In this document: positions 42,791 to 57,483 of the stretch, one piece after another
Layout: every line of letters starts with the position of its first letter
How positions within the stretch are numbered: position 1 is the stretch's first letter
Source: the human T2T-CHM13v2.0 reference genome, Homo sapiens
DNA: 64,000 nucleotides
Strand: one strand, 5' to 3'
NCBI RefSeq assembly: GCF_009914755.1
Contig: NC_060932.1
Made by a program: the position numbers and the translations under genes
Notes under the pieces: model-generated
What the model saw: the letters and a program-made list of their open reading frames with translations, nothing else
Told to the model about the DNA's origin: nothing
The model's database searches: none

Positions 42791-43392
42791 AGCTTCAAAT
42801 ACAGGAAGAGTAAAAATAGTCTGCCCAGCTAAAGATTCGCTTTGAAGGTTGTTAACATTGACATAACATAAAAGGAAAAATGTATGCGTTGCTCACCATA
42901 TTTAGAAATGTGAAATATGAATCGTATGTTACATTAAACATTTATTCTTGGTGGTAGCAATAAAATAGACACTTCTGATTGAGCAAAGCATGGGCTGAAA
43001 CCTGTGCACTCCACCATTCATCTCTACAACTCTTAACAGTCGGGATCTGCCATTTCCATGTCTCAGAGAAGAAAATAAGATTGACTAAGAAGACAATTGC
43101 CAGAAATTGCACTGTTACCCGGTAGAGAAAGTAGAATTTGACCAACATTCAACTTGAAACCTTGTGTTCTGGCTACAGCGCTATCCCACCCACATCAGGT
43201 ATTAATTGATCTGTAGTGTCATATCCCAACTGGGTCACATACAAATAAGTAGTAACTAACTTGTATACTTCCCAAATTAGCATCTGTGTCATGCATGCAA
43301 TTTTTGAACTTCCAAGTTTAGCATAAATGCACTCCCAAAATTAGCGTCTATGTACTGCACACTTTGTTTTTTTTTTTTTTAAAGCCAAGTAG

Positions 43393-43672
43393 GGCCAGGC
43401 GCAGTGGCTCATGTCTGTAATCCTAGCACTTTGGGAGGCAGAGGCGGGTGGATCATGAGGTCAGGAGATCGAGACAATCCTGGCTAACATGGTGAAACCC
43501 TGTCTACTAAAAATACAATAATTTAGCCAAGCATGGTGGTGGGCGCCTGTAGTCCCAGCTACTCAGGAGGCTGAGGCAGGAGATTCGTTTGAACCCAGGA
43601 AGCAGACGTTGCAGTGAGCCGAGATCGCACCACTGCACTCCAGCCTGGGTGATGGAGCAAGACTTAAAAAAA
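43393..43672 (+). mobile_element. AluSc-like
   Basis: ggccaggcgcagtggctc...gatcatgaggtcaggagatcgagacaatcctggctaacatgg. Confidence 0.93.
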
Positions 43673-43679
43673 CAAAGTC

Positions 43680-44121
<442 letters not shown>

Positions 44122-46500
44122 TTATAGCACTTGACAATCTTATGTTCACTTTTCCTTTTGGGATATTATCTTCTGCTTTGCAATTAGCTATAACCTTCAA
44201 AGTGCTGCTTTCTCCTGAAATACTTGGTTCTGATGACTTCAAGTACTTATTTACTATCTTAATTTTTTTATTTAAATAAATTTACTGTTTCTATGATTGA
44301 CATTTATTTTTGGCATAACGTTAAAATTGATGTTTCCTGCTTTCAACTCTGTCTTATACACCTGTCCTGATTTTCTATTTGATGTAATTTTTTGATGTTC
44401 TACTGTCACGTTGATTTTATCAGATGGAAAGTTACTTTTCATCGTCTCCAGCCCCCAGAATCTGCCAAACACATCTGTCAATGGCATTATTAGTTTTCAA
44501 TAATTCGCAGTTAAAGTTTCACACAATTTTGAATCTTGCTTCCGTTTTCTGTATGTAGAGTTACATATTCATTGCTTTTTGAATCTCCCTCCAAAATGTC
44601 TTCATGAACGCTATTTTTTCCATTCTTAACGACACTATCTCATTGTTACATTAAATCACTCCTAGATGAAACCACACCAACCTGGTCCAACATGAGAAAC
44701 TCATAATGGGCTGCTCGGCCTTCAGTTTTTTCCTTTCCAGTGAACTCTACACATTACCTAAAACACTGGTTTCATTGTATTATTAACAAAATCAAACTAT
44801 ATGATGAATTATTTAGTATGTGTGAGTATTAACTCATTTGCTAATTGTTTAGTTCACAAATACAAATGCTAAATCTCCAACCTTTTTAAAACAAAGACCT
44901 TTATTCTATGTATGTTCCAAAAAATTCTTTTTCACAGGAGTATATAGTAAGCATATTCTGTATCAATTAAACTTTATGAATTCTATAATTGCACACACAT
45001 TTCTGGAAAACTGTTGATCTATTTAACATCTAGCATAATATAGGGCATCATGATGATGAAATGGGTTATACAGAAAAGAGCTAGTATAAAATCACATTGC
45101 CATCATGCAAAATTGAGAAAGTTTTAAATATTGAAGATTTCCAGAAACACCATAACTCATCAATTCAGGCATACTGGCCATATTTTTAAAAGTAACACTT
45201 GGTTTTTTTCTGACCCGACCAAGTTGAAGAACAGTGGTGAGTTCATCATGACAGTCCAGTTTCCTAAACGCTAAAAGTTAATTTGGGGAGGAAATAAATT
45301 ATATATAAATGTAAATAATATTTGTTTTAACCCCATGCTTAATATTATTCTGGTCTACTCCAACGAGGTATGTATAATGCTATTGAAATAGAGCATGCGT
45401 TCTAGACTTGTTTTTGCAGATGTATCTTCACTTTGGCTCACTAATTGTCTCACTCCAGGATTAACTTCACCCTGGAGGATCAGAAAAAATAGAAGCTAGA
45501 CAGTCAATTTCTAGTTTTCACCCCATGGTTCCATATTTCTTTTGGAGTTACAGGAAACAGGTAAAATAAATGTAGCAGCTTCCTGGGAGTCATCTTGGGC
45601 ATTTTAGGTCTATATTTTCTATGTCTGCTGGATAATAGAAGAGCTTGGACCAGGTATAACACAGTGACTGAAAAAGGGTGGACTTCACTTTTTAACCTGA
45701 AAGCAAACTTGGCAGTCCAAATCATCCTTTAACCGGAAACAGCTGTGAAAGCTGAATGTTTTTAAAAGAAACCTGTTCAAACACATAAGCTGGTGAGGAA
45801 AGAGTGCAGATATAGAATATATTTAGATTTTATTAGTAGACTGTTCTTATACAGTATGCAGGAATGCATTGTGTTTAAGAAACTGAAACAGAAATGGCAA
45901 GAAACAGGATAAGTAGGACAAAGAACAAACACAAACATAAGTCACATTAGTACTGAGAATAGATGCGAATAACCAGATTTCACTTCTATAAACATGACTG
46001 GATTTACTTTATCAATATTAGTTTAGCTGTTTTACTTCAGGTTCTCCTTAGAGAAAACAACTTGCAATTGACTACATTTTAAAAGTTTGCAAAATGATAA
46101 TGGAAATAAAAGATATACGTGACTAATCATAACCTGGCTATCATGTCTTGAATTTCTCCTGTGTGCTAGCTAGGCCCCAACTCAGTCTTTAAGATGATTC
46201 AATATACACAAAAACTCGTTCATCTATACAATAGTCACCAATTATGAGCTGTGATCCTGGAGAGCAGGAAGGTTAACTGACTTATTCAACATCAAACAGA
46301 TAATGAGTACCGCAGCTAGGCACACTGCAAGAGGGAGAACTGGGATTTGCATCCCTACCATGTAGGTGACACAGACTATTCTGGATAGGCTAAGTCTGAG
46401 CAATAGCCTACAGGAGACATATCTCTACCAAGTTGGATTATGTGCTCTCTTCAGCTTTTATGAATAACACATCATAATTTTGTGTAAAAAGCGACATTAT

Positions 46501-47015
<515 letters not shown>

Positions 47016-47371
47016 TTACCTGGCTCTGATGCTGTTCCTGTCTTTATCTGGGTAAGGAGGAAGCCCACCGACTATAATGAAGGATTTATATTTCAGCTGT
47101 TTCCCAACGTTGCCTTTTGAATGTTATGCTTAATTCGCTGGTTCTGATTCTTTGTGTTATTTAGAATTTGCCTCTATGTATTATGCATTTTCAAGTTGCA
47201 CCCAATCCTGGTAGAATGAGCAAGGCCATAGATTGTAGAACACAAAATGGCATAAAGGTGACATAAAGGAAGCGTGAGCAAGGAAGGAGCTCAGAAAAGA
47301 AAGAGATCCCTTTGGACTGTGCTGGTCAGTAGGGCCTTCTAGAAGGAAGTAGTGAGAGGCAGAAACGTCAG

Positions 47372-47727
47372 TGTATTAGTCCATTTTCTCACTGCTATAC
47401 CAAGACTTGGCAATTTATAAACAAAAGATGTTTAATTGACTCAGTTCCACATGGCTGGGGAGGCCTCAGGAAACTTACAATCATGGCAAAAGGAATAGTG
47501 GACACATCTTACATGGCAGCAGGTAAGATAAAGAGAGTAAAAAGCCCAGGGGAAACTGCCATTAATGAAACCACCAGATCTGGTGAGAAGTCCCTCAATG
47601 TCATGAGAACAGCATGGGAGAACCTTCCCCCATAATCCAACCACCTCCCACCAGGTCTCTCCCTCAAAACCTGGGGATTACAATTCACAAAGTCATTTGG
47701 GTGAGGACACAAAGCTTAACCACATCA
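47372..47727 (-). mobile_element. THE1D/MSTA-type solo LTR, ERVL-MaLR
   Basis: tgtattagtccatt...ggctggggaggcctcaggaaacttacaatcatggc...ggggattacaattc...gacacaaagcttaaccacatca; TSD (G/T)TCAG. Confidence 0.92.
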
Positions 47728-47819
47728 TTCAGTGGTGAGGGATGAGGGGGATTTCAGTAGCAGACGGTGGAGGGTTTGCCTGTTGCACAGAGTGAAGTGC
47801 ATTGCATGACTTTGTAAGA

Positions 47820-48215
47820 ATGTCTTAAATAAGGTTCCCCAGGAAACAGATGCGGAGATGGAGTTGATGTGCAGAAAACTTATTAAGATATGCTCTGGGA
47901 GCAATATCTGTTAAAGAGTGAGGGAAATGCATTTGGGCTGAGGGAGAAGGTGAACTTTGACACATTTGTAAAGGCCTCAGCCTGCCTGCAGCTATAATTC
48001 TTGTTAGTGTTGTCTTGACTTGAGGCCAGAGGCTCTGGTCTCTTTAACCTCACCATCAGTGTCGTTGGATGATGACTGCCCTCAGGAAGGATGCCACCAG
48101 GGAAGGAAGCTCTTTCACAAGCCAAGAGGGCATCTGGTCTGAAAGCCCCAGCAGCCAGCAATGCCAATAAAGGGCAGTGGACAGGGCCAGCATGCAAGAG
48201 GCTATTATCCAATGG
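47820..48215 (-). mobile_element. Old ERVL-type LTR relic (subfamily uncertain)
   Basis: tgtctt...ggttccccaggaaacagatgcggagatggagtt...gcagaaaacttatt...gagtgagggaa...gggctgagggagaaggtgaact resembles antisense ERVL LTRs. Confidence 0.5.
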
Positions 48216-48237
48216 CATCTGAGCATCTCTGAAAAAA

Positions 48238-48940
48238 TTTTAAGTTCAAGGGTACATGTGCAGAATGTGCAGATTTGTTACACAGGTAAATGTGTGGCAT
48301 GCTGGTTTGCTGCACCTATCAACCCATCACCTAGGTATTAAGCCCAGCATGCACTAGGATTTTTTTCCTAATGCTCTCCCTTTCCCTGAACCATCCCCCT
48401 GTCAGGTCCCCATGTGTGTTGTTCCCCTCCCTACGTCCATGTGTTCTCATTGCTCAACTCCCACTTATAAGTGAGAATATGTGGTGTTTGGTTTTCGGTT
48501 GCTGCATTAGCTTGCTGAGAATAATGGCTTCCAGCTCTATCCATGTTCCTGAAAAAGACAAGATCTCATTCATTTTTATGGCTGCATAGTATTCCATAGT
48601 ACATATGTACCAGTTTCTTTATCCAGTGTGTCACTGATGGACATTTGGGTTGATTCCATGTGTTTGCTATTGTGAATAGTACTGCAATGAATATAGGCAT
48701 GCATGTGTATTTATAATAGCATGACTTATATTTCTTTGGGTATATACCTAAACATGGAATTACTAGGTCAAAGGGTATTTCTGGTTTTAGAACTTTGAGG
48801 AATCACCACAGTGTCTTCCACAATGGTTGAACTAATTTACATTCCACCAACAGTGTAAAAGTCTTCCTATTTCTCTGCAACCTCTCCAGCACCTGTTGTT
48901 TCTAGACTTTTTAATAAGCATCATTCTGACTGGCATGAGA
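48238..48940 (-). mobile_element. L1PA (about PA8-PA12) 3' end
   Basis: gggtacatgtgcag...gctgcacctatcaacccatcacctaggtattaagccc...ccacttataagtgagaa...tccacaatggttgaactaatttaca...cattctgactggcatgaga; flanks ATCTGAGCATCT / ATCTAAGCATCT are TSD-like. Confidence 0.93.
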
Positions 48941-50094
48941 TCTAAGCATCTTAATGGCTCACACAGGATGTCTGCAATAGTCATAGGCTGCAACATCAGT
49001 GAACCACAAAGTGCATTCTAATAAATCTATGTAATTATCTATTGTTATATGCACTATTTTTAGAGTACTATTTGCTTGAAAAGGAATGCAAATATACCAG
49101 CCTTTGGCATGTGAAGATAATTCTTCTAATCCTTATAAACTTCTGTGCTGGTTTCCTAGTGAAATCAACATGAAGGTGAATCGAGGACATGTCTGCTGCA
49201 CAAATGAGATTAAAATTCTCAGCTGACTTTATGATACCTTTGTGGCTAGAAGAGTCCATGGCATTTCCTAAATGCCTAATATGCTACTGACTAATCCTGT
49301 GAGAATTAAAACCCATTAATTTCCCAATCAATAGAAAGCTTTTAAATTTGAATATTCTTTAGACATATATTATTGGCAAGCAGGAATATTTTTATTTCTA
49401 GAATAATTATACCTATGAAAAAATAGAAAAATATAAAATACAGCACAATATTGTTGTATAAGTATGCTGGTATCATGAGTAACATTTTGTCTATTTTCTT
49501 TGTTCATATTCTTCAAATTTACTCTAATAAAAGGTGTATTTTGTAATAATGATTAAGTTTGGGGAAAGTATTTTATCAGCTAAGTTTTAGAACTAAATTT
49601 AGATCTGTCAAAAACAAAAACACGCAAAAAGATCTGCTGCATTAGGAAGGAATTCCCATAGAATAATCATAATGCCTGTGATATACAACTCATGTCATGA
49701 CCTTTTAGAAAGTGTGCAGCAGAAGTTATGGTAGCATATCTTTCTCAAGCTTATTTATAATTTATTGACTTATTTCAGACCAAAGTTGCATTATTAGCTT
49801 CCACACTCACCTCCCTTTATCATTGTGAGTAGCAGTTTGGTGTCAGAATACACAGTATGTTGTATCTCGGAGCCCAGAGTGATTATTAGCAGAAGTATGT
49901 GTTTGTTAATCAGACTGCAGGTAAATGTATTCAGTGAATATGCAAAAGAGTCTTCTACACGTAAAGGAAATGAAAAAAGTCACTATGAAAGCGAAATCTA
50001 AGGGACTAGCTGAAGGTTGGTGTCTACCAGAGTAGCCAGGAGGTCACAGGAGACTATGGAACATTCAAAGTGGGCTCTTCAGAACAGGAAAGCA

Positions 50095-50366
50095 TGGTCA
50101 GTGTAAAATGCACAAGGGATTTTGAACAACTAATGGAAACAAAATGTAAAAGTCAATTTTTACATTAATTACATCTTGAAATCGTGTTACTTGGTGTGTG
50201 TGTGTATATATATATATACACACATATATATACACACAATTACATAAAATATGTTGCTGAAATAAATTTTACCTGTTTCCTTTATAATTTCTAGTGTGAA
50301 TACTAAACATTTAATATTGCATATGTAGTTTCATCATAAATTGTATATGTACTTGGGCAGCTCTGA
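50095..50366. mobile_element. MER3/MER33-like hAT-Charlie relic with internal (TG)(TA) STR
   Basis: gtgtaaaatgcacaagggattttgaa...attacatcttgaaat...aattttacctgtttcctt...tactaaacatttaatattgcatatgt...ttgggcagctctg. Confidence 0.7.
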
Positions 50367-50660
50367 CTTAGAGTTTGAAATTCCTTATGTTAACATAGCT
50401 GCGATGGTTACCTCTTATTATAAACCATTTATCTTTAACACTCCCAAATGAAATCATTATAATTCAGAAGCATATAGACTACCTTTATTAAAATAATTAG
50501 GTGTTTTTGCTCAATTAAATGATGCACTGTTTATTCTGAAGTAATGAATTAGGGCAGAATTATATTTAACTACTGAGCATGTAACTTGTTTTATCTTTTT
50601 GTCTTAATATTGTGAATAAACCTGGTAGTAAATAAAATAGCAAAATAGTACCATGCATCC

Positions 50661-50709
<49 letters not shown>

Positions 50710-50720
50710 CCTATCTATCA

Positions 50721-50772
<52 letters not shown>
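50661..50772. repeat. Complex tetranucleotide STR [ATCT]12 ACCT ATCT ATCA [ATCT]13
   Basis: Counted from the sequence. Confidence 0.98.
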
Positions 50773-50773
<1 letters not shown>

Positions 50774-53493
50774 GATTCCCAGTGGAAAAGCAACCAAAAT
50801 TAACATGGAAAACTCAATTACAACTTTTAATATATTAAGACTCAGGATACTGATTAAGACCAAATAAGTCTCAAATGATGTAAGTATAGCAGCTGGTGTT
50901 TTAAACTCAATTTCCCCTATAAAATAATGGAACTGAAATAAATGTAAAAGGTAAGATGTCACCACCTAGCAAAAGAGAACCAAAATATCTCGTATATTTA
51001 TAATTGTTGGGCTAAAATCATATCTGCATGGTACCTGCTTGCGCTATTTTAAAATCTAAACTAATGGGATAATTGTGTGGTTTACGGGTAATTGGGGAGA
51101 GAGAAAGAATAGCTGTTTACTGGTATAACATTTAATAAGTTTATATTTATACCAGTAAACTTTGTTTACTGCTATACATTTAATAAAATCCATTTTATCG
51201 GTATTCTGAGCTATTACATATATTTTCATGCTATATCAAACGTGTATTTTCTCAAGCATCTCAGTTATTTAACATGCTGTGATTTAAATTACAGATATCA
51301 AATTTACATAGGTAAGCATATATGTCTCCTAAAAAACATCAAAAAAGTAACCTACATTTCAAAAATTCATAGTCCCATCAACACAGGAAGAACCAGTGCA
51401 TCCCTCTGAGCCTGAGTGATGGGCCCCGCATTTGCATAGGACGCAGCGTCTCCACCTCTGCTGTAGCTGTGTGGTTCTCTATCAATAAGGTCATTATTCA
51501 GGCCCAGATGCATCACCAGAGCGAGCTATTGTGCTTCCTCCATCTCAATTCAGTGCTCCTGCAGCCTGAATCTCCTCTGAGCTCTTTGAAATGAGGCCAA
51601 AAAAATGTATCTAAATTACACCATTTACTAACGCGAAGAAAAGATCTTTCTTTGGTATGTATTGGAGTTAATAATATTTATTAGGCATCTCATTTATACA
51701 CCCTGCCATAGCAGCATTGTAGGTAGGGTTATAATTTTAAAAGTCTAGACTGGCTTATATTTCTCAATATCTGGTGGCGTGTGGGAGGAGACAGATAAGG
51801 AAGCCCTCTGCAAAGACAGACTGTGAGTTTACCCTGCACCCCTAGCAAGACTTCCAGGGTACAGCTGTAACATCCAGTGTCAAAAATTGTTGAATGGACA
51901 GAAAAGATACCAAACTCAGCATGAAGTTACAAAGACGAAGAGGTTAATACAGGAAATAAAAACTGTCAACGATCAATTTAACAGCTTAAGGATCTGGGGG
52001 TAGAATTGACTTCAAAACTGTTATTCCGTGTTTTCTTTCTGAAAACTCTTTTGGACAAAGGAAGAACAGTCCTTCGTGAATTTCATGTGCTTTGTAGATA
52101 TAAAGTAACTCTTTCCCTCCTGAATGATCTCAACCCCAATTATCACAGCAAGATTTCCTATTGCATTCACAGTCCTTCCTGTTCTAGGTTTTTAAGCAGT
52201 TAATTCAGTCTGTGCTGAGAGTAAAATATAGGTCACTTACAAAGAAGGGTGCATTATTTATAATAGTGACATGATGAGAGCTCCATAATCATTCAATAAT
52301 TTATTGATGACTTCTTATAATGTATCAACCATTTTTCTATGGTTGGGGCACCATAGAAAGAGCAGATCTATTGTCTTACTTGCTGCGTATTTTCTGAATG
52401 ACTTATGCCTCCACTCTTTGACCTCATTTTACCAATTATACTTAATGGATTAAATGGTCACTGAGATATAAATAAAGATTGAGTTTCAAGCAAGTTTTGA
52501 TTGAAGTATATTATTAAGCAGAAAATATGCAATGTACTGGTTCTGGAATACCATTTCAAGAGGCAGGGCAGTCGTTTCTAACTATATGTTAACTTATCTA
52601 AAAGACTGCAATTAAAATTATTAAAGGATCATGGTTTAATTTCCATTTGAAATATTTTCCTGAACGGAAAGAAAACTAAAATACATGATTAAGCCACGAC
52701 TACATAACCCTGAGCACTTCAAAATATTGAGTCTGAACAAATTATATTCCTTATGCCACTTATGACATGTCAAAATATCAGACCCTGATAGAAAACCAAC
52801 GTCTAGTTTTTCATTTAGATCTTACAAGAAGCAGCTGCTAGATGCCCATGAATTACGCTGGCAACAGACAGCACTCTGTCTGCATCATCTATGCAATCTC
52901 CACCTCCAGAGAGGTAATCTACTTTATATGAGATTTCGCATTATTCTTGTTTTTCTTGCTTTCTCTAAGGAGCACCCACTGCTGAAATCATGAGAGTGAC
53001 CATGTGTTTTTCAGAGGTAGATAATAAAAGTTAGACAGTCGTATTGTACAGAGATTAGGGAAATATATTCTCTATAATATTGGGGGTAGAGGTGAGACTA
53101 TCTTTTTGAAAACATATAGTAGAGCAAAATGTATAAATTTAGAACCTAGAAATTAGTATCAATTCACAAAGGAGCAATCATGAGATTAATAATTTTCTGG
53201 CATATTACTTTTTTACAATTTTATCAAGTTTGGATTCAAACAAATTGAAGATAATTTTACGTTATCGTCTGTATTCTTAAAAGTATTAAGTCGAGAAGAC
53301 AATTAGTATTCCAAGGAATGGAATTCTTCAAATTAAGTGTTCTGCCCAAATTGGAAACCAGCCAAGCTGCTCTCTAAAAATATCAATTTAAACTACTGTT
53401 TTCTAAAAAAGAGTGGAAAGATTTTTGTCTACTGGATTTAGATAATTCTCTTTGGTGTTCTTAACCCACTTTTCAAAACATAAAAATTTGTTA

Positions 53494-53775
<282 letters not shown>

Positions 53776-54751
53776 TTAAAATTCTAGAGCTGTTTATTGA
53801 ATACCCTGGAATGGCTATTTCTTGTTTAATTAAGCAACTGCATGTTTTCGCACCTATGTAGAGAGCTATCACACAGCATGAGGAACAGGTATGCAACGCA
53901 TGGGCTCATTCACTGGGTTCAAATCTTGGGTCTCCCTCTGATGTTCACACAGTTAATATAGCTCGTGACTTTTTTTCTTTATTTTTTAGAAACTGTGTTC
54001 TTCCGTCTCATAAAAAAAATGGCATAGCTCTTACCTAGGCTGAATCTTACAATAATGACTTTCCATATGTGCCACACAAAGAGTTTAGCTATTAAACAGC
54101 TCTAACTCAGGGGTAGCAATCCCTTCTGTGACTGGGATCATTTTCACTTCATTGTTCTCCACAAAACTGAAGAAGCACATCATCGGATTGTCAGATAATA
54201 CATTGAGGATTATAGTCTTTCAAGATAATTCACTGTATACTGTTTCAAAGCGTAATTCAATTAAATGCAGTTCAGTTCAAAAAGTGTTTGCAGATGCCTA
54301 TTTAGTTTAAAATTATACTGCTGGGAAGGAAATGGAAGGCAAAGAAAGAAATGGAAATAACTCACTAATTGATCAACTGAGATATGGACAATGCTATCAA
54401 CCTCCTGAGCAGCTGAGAAAAAATTGGATGCAAGGCAGAAAACTGCTCACTAAAGATATATCCAAGCAAACTTGCTGTGCTGGAGCAAACGAAGGAGTGG
54501 CTAATTCAGATTGTGCCCAATTGGGCAGGCATCAAGAGGAGGAATTTTAGTTGGGGTTTAAATTATTGGGATAATTTCCATAATAGAGAGAGCCTGGGGG
54601 TTGATGAAAGGTAGCTGGATGTGGAGTTAACAATAGTTAGAGAGAGCTTAGTAACTGGGCTGATTTCTCTTGGCCCAGAAGCTAATCTGTTGATTTAAAA
54701 ACATTTATATCATTAAATGCCAAAAGGGTTTGAAGAATCGAGCTTAGCTAA

Positions 54752-54866
54752 TTCCACATAGTTTCCAAACATTTATGTAAAGATTAAAAAATGTATTACA
54801 TAGTTTGGCATTCATTCAAATATATATTTTTTAATCTTTACATAAATGTTTGGAAACTATGTGGAA
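54752..54866. repeat. Perfect 41-bp inverted repeat with 33-bp spacer
   Basis: 54752-54792 is the exact reverse complement of 54826-54866. Confidence 0.97.
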
Positions 54867-56591
54867 ATCTAGCTAGAAGAAAGACATTTTTTCAAAGGTT
54901 ATTACATTAATAATATTTTACAGCCAAATAAACTTTTGATAAAATGTACAATGCTTTGTGTACTAGTCCTGTAGACCTGATGCATTTTCCATGAACATAT
55001 GTTGCCTACTAACAGAGCATGTGCTGGTGCGTTGGCAACAAGTGGAATGAGGTATGGAGTAGCAGAATATCCTGTCGTGACTATCTTACCTGCTAGTTAC
55101 CTTTTTCATTCGGTGAGCCAACTATGTATGCATGATGTGGGGGCCTGGTGTAAGGTTGTTAGGACACAAGAAGAAATTAGGTTTGTGGATTGAACGAGAA
55201 CATCGTCCAAAGCCGTGAGACAGAGTTCTCCTTCGATCACGAATATATACAGAAGGCTAACGTGCTTTACAAAGAAAAGAAGAGAGCTGCAACCAGAAAG
55301 TAAGGCAACTATGCAACGACCTAAAATTCACTGCATTGCATTGTCAGGATAATTGAGAAATATGCTTTCTGCCCAAATCTTGCCCAACATGCAGCAGGGC
55401 ATTTATTGCGTGTTTACTGAATGAAAAAGCAACAAAATCAATTAATAATAAATAACTCAGGCACTCCCATGGAGCCCATGGTGGCTCCTGAGGGAATGAA
55501 CTCCGAACTCAGGCTTCCAAGTAAACAGAACCTCCACTAATCCTACGGTGTTTCTTCACGCCTGATTTATGAAGGTTTGTACGCACAATGAGAGTTGGAT
55601 TCTACATATGTTACATCAATGGACATTATGTTAACCATGATTTCTTATGATTTCTCATATGTATAAATATATAAATATACATTAAATCTTATGTTGATAT
55701 TTTCCGCAGGGCTTGAAGATTAGGCCCTATTAAAAATATGTACAGAGACACTTTGACTGAGTTAAGATAAGAAGATAGTCTAAAAAAGAAAATATTTCTT
55801 AGCTCTTGTCTTCTTGGAAAAATGTACTATGGATACAACTAAATAATACCTTTCAGGAAATACTGCTTTATAATGTTATCTAAAGTACAAATCCTCCCAA
55901 CTTTTTATATCTAAAAATGATTTGGATTTCGACAAAGCGATGCAGTGGGTTAATAACAGTTTGGACATACCATGTTAATGAACACTGAAAAGCCCTTAGC
56001 TTATTGAAGGCCATAATTTGCAGATGTACACTGTCGAGTCCCAAATGGATGCAAGGTGAAAAGAAACAAAACTTTTAAATGCCACTTAAAACAAGTAGAG
56101 TTGACTATCATGGTGATAGAAAATAGACATTTATTTTCAAATGTAGAGACTTGTGAAGAAAATCACATTTGCCTTTACGAAACATAATCCCTTTCTTTTT
56201 ATTCTGGTACCTGTGCACTATCATTCTCATTAAAACATCATCCTGACCAATCCCGCACATAGCTCACTGGGGCTCTGCCTCCCTCACCGCTGGCTGCTGG
56301 TCTACCTGCCTGAGACCAACTTACCCCCACATGGATTAGTATCTCACCATCCTGTCCTGTGTGTTCTGGGGCCTCTCCTCCCTTTCCGCATTCATCAACA
56401 CAGTCCTCCCTAGGACCTGCGACCTGCTATTACTTTAAGCTTCTTCGTCTTTCGTTATTCTACATTTAGCTACCCACAGTCACCTTTTTATGAAAGCATT
56501 CACAGGTACCCAGGCTGGATGAAACACCACTTCTGTGCTCAGGCTTGATTTTGCATTTATTTATCCTTTGTGCAATTATTTGCTTACTTAA

Positions 56592-56738
56592 GGGGTTGGT
56601 GTTCCCAAACACTTATTTACCCGAGGCACTGGAGCACCCAACTGCCCAGGAGTGTCCCTCTCCTGAGTGATGCTACTAGCTAGTTTACAGTGTAGGCACA
56701 TCTTATTGTAAAAAATGAATTAATAAAACAAATGGAAA
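56592..56738. repeat. Dispersed direct repeat, copy 1 (~150 bp)
   Basis: Aligns to 57484-57627 over its full length. Confidence 0.95.
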
Positions 56739-57483
56739 GTAAATTTTGCATCCTTCGTACTCGAGGGCGTGGGTCAATCTAGCACAGAGTGTGGAGCATG
56801 GTGGGCATTCAATTCACATTTACGTTCAACAGACACATGCGTTGAGTTAGTCTTCTTTTTAATGTCTTCAGCCCCTTGCATAGGACCTTCCACCCAGCAG
56901 TTATGTGTTCTCTCATAACTGTAAAAGAAAATTATAAACAGATGTTTTGGAAAACAAAACTAGTGGTGAAAATTAGCAGGACATTGATGGATGACTTTGG
57001 GAAGATGCCTTTTATGTTGGAATGAGCTTCCCATGAGTGCTGCTCTGTGGGCTCCTCCTTCATGGCAGCCCCTAACCTCCGAGAGAGCACAGGTAAGAAC
57101 CCACCACACTCATTCGTATACTCGCCTATGATCGTAACATGAGCCGGTACACAGAGGAAGACAAGTCCATCAAAGCTTCCTGTTCTTTCCATTCAGAAAA
57201 TCCTTCCATACAGTCTGCCGGGTGTCAGCGACTGTGTTAAACGTCAGGGAAACAAAAATGCATTATTTGCAGTTGATTCTCTTAAAGGCCTTGGTGCTTA
57301 GCTGCTTAGCTGAGTTATTTGGGATGAAACTCTGTGGTAATCATTTGTTTGAGCCTCTTCTGTAGAAAATGCTTTGGATTGCACGAGCTCAGAGCTGTTT
57401 CTGATTTGTTCTGTTTACCTGGTCTTCTCTGCGTGGAAGGGGTGATACCCACAAAGTACAGTCAATCACAGATGGGAGGGAAA

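Noticed and set aside
55205-55230. CCGTGAGACAG resembling a large-subunit rRNA motif
   Set aside because: Only ~10 nt match; flanks do not follow rRNA.
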